Assembly: GCA_051439425.1 (NCBI GenBank)
Contig: JBFRWD010000056.1
Coordinates: 1-21,468, forward strand
DNA: 21,468 bases
Direction of reading: 5' to 3'
Origin: Synechococcus sp.
GTDB taxonomy: Bacteria; Cyanobacteriota; Cyanobacteriia; Thermostichales; PCC-7336
Positions within the stretch are counted from its first letter, which is position 1, and every line of letters starts with the position of its first letter. The notes beneath the pieces are model-generated. The model was given only the letters and a program-made list of their open reading frames with translations. It made no database searches and was not told the origin of the DNA. Positions 15,756-21,468 of this stretch are shown here, piece by piece. Position numbers and translations under genes: made by a program.

Positions 15756-15974
15756 AGTTGTGTTGCAAAATTCGGCTTGACTCAAGCGAGGTGCTAGTCT
15801 GAGCCCTTGTGCCCTGCCTAATTCGCTTAATTGATGCCAGCAGATACTCCGTTCAAATATCGTCATTCCCCTCTGTCAATCATCATCATGGCAGTGAGGT
15901 GGTACGTGAGGTATCGACTGAGTTATCAAGACGTTCAGGAACTGTTGGCTGAAATGACCTCGGTACTGTCTCAA
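15756..15974 (+). mobile_element. IS6-family insertion sequence remnant (left end + 5' transposase fragment)
   Basis: AGTTGTGTTGCAAA (15756-15769) resembles IS6 inverted repeats (IS257 GGTTCTGTTGCAAA, IS26 GGCACTGTTGCAAA). A transposase-like ATG lies 78 nt inside. A second IR-like GGTACTGTCTCAA lies at 15962-15974. Confidence 0.7.
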
Positions 15975-16010
15975 CAGACTCATCAATGTGGAGAGCTTGT
16001 ATTTCGATAA
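15834..16010 (+). pseudogene. Truncated IS6-family transposase (58 codons; only about the first 40 are homologous)
   Basis: Manual translation: MPADTPFKYRHSPLSIIIMAVRWYVRYRLSYQDVQELLAE, matching the IS6 N-terminus PFKxRH...II...VRWYxRYxLSYxDxxExxAE. The sequence is unrelated after that and ends at TAA 16008-16010. It is absent from the ORF track, which appears to omit ORFs under 60 aa. Confidence 0.8.
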
Positions 16011-16021
16011 GCAATATTCGC

Positions 16022-16642
16022 TTAGGTCTCCAATCCGGTTCCCGTTAAACAGGTGCCTTCTAACGTAGCCCCTGCGATCGCGCCCCTATCGAGGGTTGCA
16101 CATAAAAGATTGGCGTACGATAAATTCGCCCCAGTTCCAATCGCACCGACCAAGTTTGACTCTTCCAAATTCGCTCTGAGCAAATCTGCCCCAGACAAAT
16201 TGGCATTGCTCAAGTCCACCTGCTGCAACACCGCTTCAATTAAATTCGCTCCACGCAAATCGGCCCCCCGAAAATCAGATAGCGTAAGTGTCGATTTACT
16301 CAATGTCGCGCCGGACAGAAACCCTCCGGAAAAACTCACCTGCACTCCTGCCGCGTCCAGCAACAAAGCCCCACGACAATCTGCCCCGCGAAAATCTGCG
16401 TTGGACAGCTTTGCTCCCGTTAAATCGGCCCCTCTTAAATTGGCCCGGACGGTAGCACCCGTGAGGTCGGCCCCTGCTAAGTTCGCACCGGTCAAATTCG
16501 CACGGGACAAATCGCAGCCTGCCAATTGAGCCCCTGCAAGGTTCACGCCTGCCAATTCGGCATCGGCTAGATTCGTAACTTCCCCTCGGAAAATCGCCGC
16601 TATGTCCAGATCGCTGGCTGGTGCTATCGGTTGCTCTGCCAC
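16022..16642 (-). CDS. Pentapeptide repeat protein
   Basis: Continuous A(D/N)LxG/x repeats (ANLTG ANLAG ADLTG...) over most of its length; GTG start 35 nt downstream of the DICT gene stop. Confidence 0.93.
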   Translation of the reverse strand: MAEQPIAPASDLDIAAIFRGEVTNLADAELAGVNLAGAQLAGCDLSRANLTGANLAGADLTGATVRANLRGADLTGAKLSNADFRGADCRGALLLDAAGVQVSFSGGFLSGATLSKSTLTLSDFRGADLRGANLIEAVLQQVDLSNANLSGADLLRANLEESNLVGAIGTGANLSYANLLCATLDRGAIAGATLEGTCLTGTGLET

Positions 16643-16677
16643 TAGTTACCCTCAACCAAAACGGTGCCCGCTCCTTA

Positions 16678-18129
16678 CTATGCCACTTCCGACTTTGGCT
16701 GACCCGTCTTTAACTGGGGTCCATTTGCCTGTGGATCGGTCATTGGTGGATCGATGGCCTCTTCCAGCCATACTGTTGGGCTTTGGCTGGGTTGCTGAGG
16801 TAGCTGCAGCATACCAACCTCGGCCAAGCGGACTACGGTGGTGAGAGCCGTCACCAGTTCGGGATCAAACCGAGAGCCACTGAGTGCCTCACATTCCGCC
16901 AATGCATCGTTAAGGGACATGGCTTCGCGATCGCCACGGGGTTGAGTCAGATCTTGGAAAAACGCGACCAAACCGAGAATGCGGGAGCCCAGCGGAATGT
17001 TAGTGCCTTTGAGACTATCTGGCAGACCGCCGCCGTTCCAATACTCCAGTTGATGCTTGACAATCGCAATGACTGACTTCAGCTCGGGCATGGATGAAAG
17101 CAACTGCGCCCCAATCGAACCGCGATCGCGCCAAAACGTAGGGCTACGCTCGTCCAATTCGGACGCGGGGAGAGTAAAAACCTCGGCGGGTGCTTCTGAC
17201 AAACCGATACGAAAGAGTAGACCGGCTAGACGCAAACGGCGCAGCTCAATTGTGGGAATATCTAAAATCTGTCCGATAGTCTCCGAGAGGGCGGAAACTT
17301 GAAGGGATGCAACGGAGTTAAACGGGTCACGCTTGTCCACCCGCTGTGCCATACGCAAAAATGCCTGCAATTTATTGGCCGTAATATTTCGGTTGAGCCG
17401 TTTTGCCTGTCCCTCTAGATCCCATAGCTCGCGGTTTTGACGGTGGGTGGCAACCAGCTGCTCCTGGCTACTTTGCAAGTAGGTGACAATGCGCGAAACC
17501 ACACCACTCAAATCTGCAGGGGGGCAATCGGTACAGGTACCAATGTCTGCCATCTGAGTTTTCAATTGGGCGGCGAGTTCGGGATTGTAGGGTTCAATTC
17601 GAGATATTGCGATCTCTGCTGCTTCGCTGACTAAATCTTGCTCGAAGGTCCAGAGACCGTAAAACTTGCGCTCGACATCTTGGCCAGGCTGCATCCCCTC
17701 CCAGTATTCCGCCGACTCCAGCTCGTGGCACAATACCATCGCTGAATAGTTAGGGGCCAAAATAATGAGATTCCACTCCTCCACCCAGCTATCCGCCGGA
17801 TCTAAGTCGACGAGCGTAACATTATCCAGCTCACCAGTCTGGTGGGTGTGAAATCCGCTATCGGCAACCGCAGCAACGATAACGTGCCGAGATTTTTGAG
17901 CGATCTCTAAATAGCGATCGGCTTCTTGCAGGTACCACTTCCCCCGCTGAAACGTGACCAGCACCAGTGGATTGCTATCATCGCTACCCTCAGAGGTCTG
18001 TAGAATGTGATCCTCTAGAGCATGACAGAGGGCCACCAAAGTATTTTTGAAATAGACGCCAAAGCTGGAGGGTAGACGCTCTTCAGGTAAAGACGCCTTC
18101 AGCTGATTGAGAGTGGACTCCGGACGCAT
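16678..18129 (-). CDS. DICT sensory domain + degenerate HD-GYP-like domain protein
   Basis: N-terminal YFKNTLVALCHALED...TFQRGKWYLQEADRY...EWNLIILAP...LCHEL...RKFYGLWTF is the DICT pattern. The C-terminal RLAGLLFRIG...HQLEYWNGGGLPDSLKGTNIPLGSRIL...GSRFDP is an HD-GYP fold with substituted motifs. Confidence 0.85.
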   Translation of the reverse strand: MRPESTLNQLKASLPEERLPSSFGVYFKNTLVALCHALEDHILQTSEGSDDSNPLVLVTFQRGKWYLQEADRYLEIAQKSRHVIVAAVADSGFHTHQTGELDNVTLVDLDPADSWVEEWNLIILAPNYSAMVLCHELESAEYWEGMQPGQDVERKFYGLWTFEQDLVSEAAEIAISRIEPYNPELAAQLKTQMADIGTCTDCPPADLSGVVSRIVTYLQSSQEQLVATHRQNRELWDLEGQAKRLNRNITANKLQAFLRMAQRVDKRDPFNSVASLQVSALSETIGQILDIPTIELRRLRLAGLLFRIGLSEAPAEVFTLPASELDERSPTFWRDRGSIGAQLLSSMPELKSVIAIVKHQLEYWNGGGLPDSLKGTNIPLGSRILGLVAFFQDLTQPRGDREAMSLNDALAECEALSGSRFDPELVTALTTVVRLAEVGMLQLPQQPSQSPTVWLEEAIDPPMTDPQANGPQLKTGQPKSEVA

Positions 18130-18440
18130 TGCTATGGACGGTGCTAGTGGTGTTGATTGTAGGATGTCATATTATTCCAGACCAACGGAACTACAACCAG
18201 CAGATTGACACGATTATTTGATTTCCATAGATGAAAGCACCTGTCTCGATGGCGGCGAAATATAGTAATTCGCTGTAAGGTCTGGAGGGTTGAGACCGCG
18301 AGAACAACTAATTTTCAAGGGAAAGTGGTCTGGGAAGTCTCCATAGCGGATTGCCGATCGCGATAGGTACCAGCGCATGTTGGGGGAGTTTGCGGATGTT
18401 CGGGTCGAGACAAATGGAATGGGGGAGGAAGTTTTGCCGA

Positions 18441-19253
18441 TCAAATTCCTAGCGAAATAACGGTGGGAACATCATGTAATCCTGAAGACGTGCCCATTTC
18501 GTTAATGGCGTGCTCTTCATCGCTGAGGTTGGATGTGCCGGCAAATTGAATGCACTTGCCTTGTTCCAAGGCGACGATGGTCCGAGTAATCGAGTAGATC
18601 GAGCACTTGAGCCGTGCAGCCAGTTCCCACAAGGTGCAATTGTTATCAATCACATTTGGCAATCCGGAAAAATTTGTACCAAATGTCAATTGAGCCAGCA
18701 TATCCGGGTTGATGACGGTAGGGACTGAACTGGGGGAAATTGCTTTCCAGCCTTTTTGATCCCAGCGCTCAACTAGCTTCGCCACATCTGGCCACACTTT
18801 ATTGATGTTGATAGAAACTAGCGGTGCTTCCTCAAACGTGTCAAGCGACTGCCAAGTCATCTTGTAGTTGTTAACGGCAGAGTTGCCTTCGTGGTTGAGT
18901 TCTTGCAGTGCCACCTCAAATAAGATTTCGCAGACACTACTGCCCAGAATTTTGATTGCTCTGGGTTCGGCGATCGCGTTTTTCACGATCAGCTCGTTCA
19001 GAACCAAGTAATTCCATTCGTTTTCTGGGTAACGAAACTCCCCTTGAGGAAGGTTCGAGCGATAGCGCGCCACTTGTCGTTGCCAGCGCTGGAGGGGAAA
19101 CATGCCGCCAGCGTCTGCCACAAGGCTGCCTGCCAAAAACAGTAACCTCCAGGCGGTTCCGTTATTGTTTGTGATGTTGAACACGCCAGTGAAATCAGGC
19201 TGAGAGCACAGCTTCAGATAGGTACTGAGTGTGGAGCAGATGGCAGTAGGCAT
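18441..19253 (-). CDS. PatA-family N-terminal (PATAN/DUF4388-like) domain protein lacking a receiver domain
   Basis: FTGVFNI...WRLLFLAGSLV...GGMFPLQRWQRQV, W-x-Y-x-x-L, EILFEV, W...G...ISP...P and TLWELA match the PATAN + linker region of PatA-type regulators. It stops where the REC domain would start. Confidence 0.72.
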   Translation of the reverse strand: MPTAICSTLSTYLKLCSQPDFTGVFNITNNNGTAWRLLFLAGSLVADAGGMFPLQRWQRQVARYRSNLPQGEFRYPENEWNYLVLNELIVKNAIAEPRAIKILGSSVCEILFEVALQELNHEGNSAVNNYKMTWQSLDTFEEAPLVSININKVWPDVAKLVERWDQKGWKAISPSSVPTVINPDMLAQLTFGTNFSGLPNVIDNNCTLWELAARLKCSIYSITRTIVALEQGKCIQFAGTSNLSDEEHAINEMGTSSGLHDVPTVISLGI

Positions 19254-19274
19254 GACAGGTGAACCTCAGGGCGA

Positions 19275-19354
19275 GCCAATGTCGTTAAGTATATTTAGCG
19301 ACATTGGCGTGAAAACTTCGTGAAAATAGCGACGTATATTCGCTGACGTCGCTA
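19275..19354. repeat. Two related inverted repeats flanking an 11-bp direct repeat, upstream of the PATAN gene
   Basis: GCCAATGTCGTTAA-gtatat-TTAGCGACATTGGC (19275-19308, 13/14 match); CGTGAAAA twice at 19308 and 19319; TAGCGACGT-N10-ACGTCGCTA (19327-19354, perfect 9 bp). Confidence 0.75.
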
Positions 19355-19667
19355 CTAATAGTTCCCAGAAGATCGTGATATTTTCATGCAGTGTGCTGGG
19401 ATGAACAGTGATAATACGGAGAAAACTCCCCGATTCTCTATGTGTCTTTCGCTAAATGAAGTCTCCGTAAGAGACACAAATGAGACATCGGCCTTTCTTT
19501 TGGATTCGAACGGCCGATCCCAGTGTTTTTGACGATAGTATTGGCGCACAATGAAATCAAAACTAGGCGTTCTATTTGTTTATGAAGCCTCCGTAATTTC
19601 CGGATAACCGCTGATTTGGCTGAAGCGGTGAAATAGATTAAGGGGGCTAATCTTAAAGAAATAAAGT

Positions 19668-20897
19668 TTGGATAAACCATTGCTCGGCATTTCTTCCACC
19701 GATCGATCTGTTGCCTTCAATTTGCGCGAGACAGTATGCGAACTGCAGTCCAATCTTGTGGCATGGAGGCGGCACTTCCATCGGTATCCCGAGCTAGGGT
19801 TTGAGGAACGTAAGACTGCAGCATTTATTGTCGATCGCCTCTCGGAGTGGGGCATTGAACACGAGACTGGTGTAGCCGAGACGGGGATTGTTGCCATCGT
19901 GCGTGGAGAGCACGATGGCCCCACTATAGGATTGCGGGCTGATATGGACGCTTTACCAGTGCAGGAGGAAAACAAGGTTGAGTATTGCTCCCGACATGAT
20001 GGGCGCATGCATGCCTGCGGCCACGATGGACATACAGCGATCGCATTAGGAACGACCTATCTTCTGCACCAACATCGGGCGCAATTGCAGGGGACGGTCA
20101 AAATTCTGTTCCAACCGGCAGAGGAGCGACCAGGGGGGGCCAAACCCATGATTGAAGCTGGGGTCTTACGCAATCCGGATGTTGAGGCAATGGTCGGACT
20201 TCACTTGTGGAACAACCTGCCATTGGGGACAGTGGGGGTGAAGGAGGGACCTTCGATGGCCAACTCCGATGAGTTCTGCATCCATATATTTGGTAAAGGG
20301 GGGCATGGAGCTATTCCCCACCAGACAGTGGATGCGATCGCCATTGGTGCTCAGGTGGTAACGGCACTGCACACCATCGTGTCGCGCAACGTTAATCCCC
20401 TCGAATCTGCCGTGATCTCGATTGGCAAGTTTGAAGCGGGCAATGCGTTCAATGTGATTGCCCCACGCGCTGAAATGTGGGGTACGGTGCGCTGCTTTTC
20501 GAAAGAGATGGCAGAGTGGCTACCGCAGCGGATCGAGCAGGTGGTGGAGGGTATTTGTCAGGCGCATGGCGCAACGTATTCGCTCGACTATCATTCGCTA
20601 TACCCAGCGGTTAATAACGATGTAAAGATTGCCGAGCTGGTTAAGCAGAGTGCGATCGCCGTGTTGGGGGATGCGGCTCGGGCGGTGCCGGAAATGACGA
20701 TGGGGGGGGAGGATATGTCGTTCTTCTTGGATGCGGTTCCAGGGTGTTATTTCTTTTTGGGCTCGGCCAATGCTGCCGCCGGACTCAATTATCCCCATCA
20801 CCATCCTCGGTTTGATTTTGACGAAACAGCACTGGGGGTTGGGGTGGAAATTTTTCTGCAGGCGATCGAACGCTACACCTGCAGCCGGCTGGAGTAG
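19668..20897 (+). CDS. M20D amidohydrolase (N-acyl-L-amino acid amidohydrolase, Acy1/HipO-like)
   Basis: WRRHFHRYPELGFEE, LRADMDALP, MHACGHDGH, FQPAEE, GKGGHGA, GEDMSFF and PHHHPRFDFDE. The exact start (TTG 19668) is uncertain. Confidence 0.93.
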   Translation: MDKPLLGISSTDRSVAFNLRETVCELQSNLVAWRRHFHRYPELGFEERKTAAFIVDRLSEWGIEHETGVAETGIVAIVRGEHDGPTIGLRADMDALPVQEENKVEYCSRHDGRMHACGHDGHTAIALGTTYLLHQHRAQLQGTVKILFQPAEERPGGAKPMIEAGVLRNPDVEAMVGLHLWNNLPLGTVGVKEGPSMANSDEFCIHIFGKGGHGAIPHQTVDAIAIGAQVVTALHTIVSRNVNPLESAVISIGKFEAGNAFNVIAPRAEMWGTVRCFSKEMAEWLPQRIEQVVEGICQAHGATYSLDYHSLYPAVNNDVKIAELVKQSAIAVLGDAARAVPEMTMGGEDMSFFLDAVPGCYFFLGSANAAAGLNYPHHHPRFDFDETALGVGVEIFLQAIERYTCSRLE

Positions 20898-20922
20898 TTT
20901 CTCCCAGCGGTAACGGGCTACT

Positions 20923-21468
20923 TTATATCCTCTTAGCTTGATAGCCAATGTGAGCGAGGTTGAGGTGAGGGTGCCAGGCGTCAGCCAAACGGTCGAGTAG
21001 TCGATCGCGCTCCTCGCTGAAATGGCCCTCTACTATCGGTAGCGACCTCAATCCTTTCGTGGCTCTCACTCGATTCAGCCAATGCCTGCGCCAAGCGTGG
21101 TTATCAAACAGTCCGTGCAAGTAGCTGCCCCATACGCGATCGTCTGATGAGACACAGCCCAATTCGGGACGTTCGAACATCGGGTTGGCACCTGCGCCAA
21201 ATTGCGTGCGACCTTGGTGAATCTCGTATCCGGCGATGGCCATTTCCCCCATCCAGCGGCTGCTGGTGGAAACCTGCTGGGTCACCTTATCGCCCGTAAA
21301 CGTAGTCTCTAGCGGCAACAGCCCCAACCCACTAACCGTTTTGGCCTCCCCTTCAAACCCCTCAGGGTCGGCGACTGACTGCCCTAACATCTGCATCCCA
21401 CCACAAATACCGGCGATCCCCCCTGAAAACCGCCGCACCTGCTCCGCCATTCCCGATGCCTGCATGGC
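20923..21468 (-). CDS. cobQ: Cobyric acid synthase, C-terminal glutamine amidotransferase part (5' end beyond the window)
   Basis: GICGGMQMLG..V.DPEG.EG, GLGLLPLET.F...K, GYEIHQG and VWGSYLHGLFDN..WRR.WLN are CobQ C-terminal motifs; the frame is open to the window end. Confidence 0.93.
   Translation of the reverse strand, partial: AMQASGMAEQVRRFSGGIAGICGGMQMLGQSVADPEGFEGEAKTVSGLGLLPLETTFTGDKVTQQVSTSSRWMGEMAIAGYEIHQGRTQFGAGANPMFERPELGCVSSDDRVWGSYLHGLFDNHAWRRHWLNRVRATKGLRSLPIVEGHFSEERDRLLDRLADAWHPHLNLAHIGYQAKRI

Larger units (their letters stand above)
52..20659. repeat. Dispersed HIP1 octamers (GCGATCGC)
   Basis: About 19 perfect copies counted by eye (e.g. 52, 503, 2238, 2661, 5960, 7468, 9873, 10513, 11611, 15049, 16074, 17122, 20334, 20652), far more than chance would give in 21 kb; a cyanobacterial hallmark. 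Confidence 0.9.

Noticed and set aside
16053..16529. 158-aa plus-strand ORF with KFAP/KSAP repeats
   Set aside because: The reverse-complement image of the pentapeptide repeat codons.
18214..18444. 76-aa minus-strand ORF overlapping the PATAN stop, considered as a frameshifted receiver domain
   Set aside because: No REC features (acidic pocket, phospho-Asp, KP) in this or the other two frames; TTG start and no family resemblance.
19355..19680. Short minus-strand ORFs in the AT-richer spacer between the PATAN and amidohydrolase genes
   Set aside because: No recognisable homology; consistent with a divergent promoter region.

Overview
Chromosomal DNA from a cyanobacterium: I counted about 19 copies of the HIP1 octamer GCGATCGC by eye, and the window carries NrrA, PATAN, DICT and pentapeptide-repeat genes. 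Gene order: VOC/glyoxalase protein, aldo/keto reductase, RarA, then a co-oriented envelope-signalling cluster (secreted Pro-rich SPOR-like protein, transmembrane Ser/Thr kinase, secreted Pro-rich PPC-domain protein, FHA/HlyD-like membrane-fusion chimera). These are followed by a convergent HtrA lipoprotease, a divergent Mn/Zn ABC transporter (mntAB / mntC) with a ManR-like 11-bp repeat array, nrrA with a clear NtcA-type promoter, a gamma carbonic anhydrase-like gene, a short IS6 remnant missed by the ORF track, a pentapeptide protein, a DICT + degenerate HD-GYP protein, a receiver-less PATAN protein, an M20 amidohydrolase and the 3' part of cobQ. The best candidate for an undescribed system is 3123-9221. 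The two secreted proteins flanking the kinase have unrelated C-terminal domains but share a 14-aa motif (ELxQLE[ED]FLxPPPT) at the same offset after their predicted signal-peptide cleavage sites. The downstream export-adaptor-like protein carries a cytoplasmic phosphothreonine-reading FHA domain, which suggests kinase-gated export. All family assignments come from motif recognition by eye; no database search was run.
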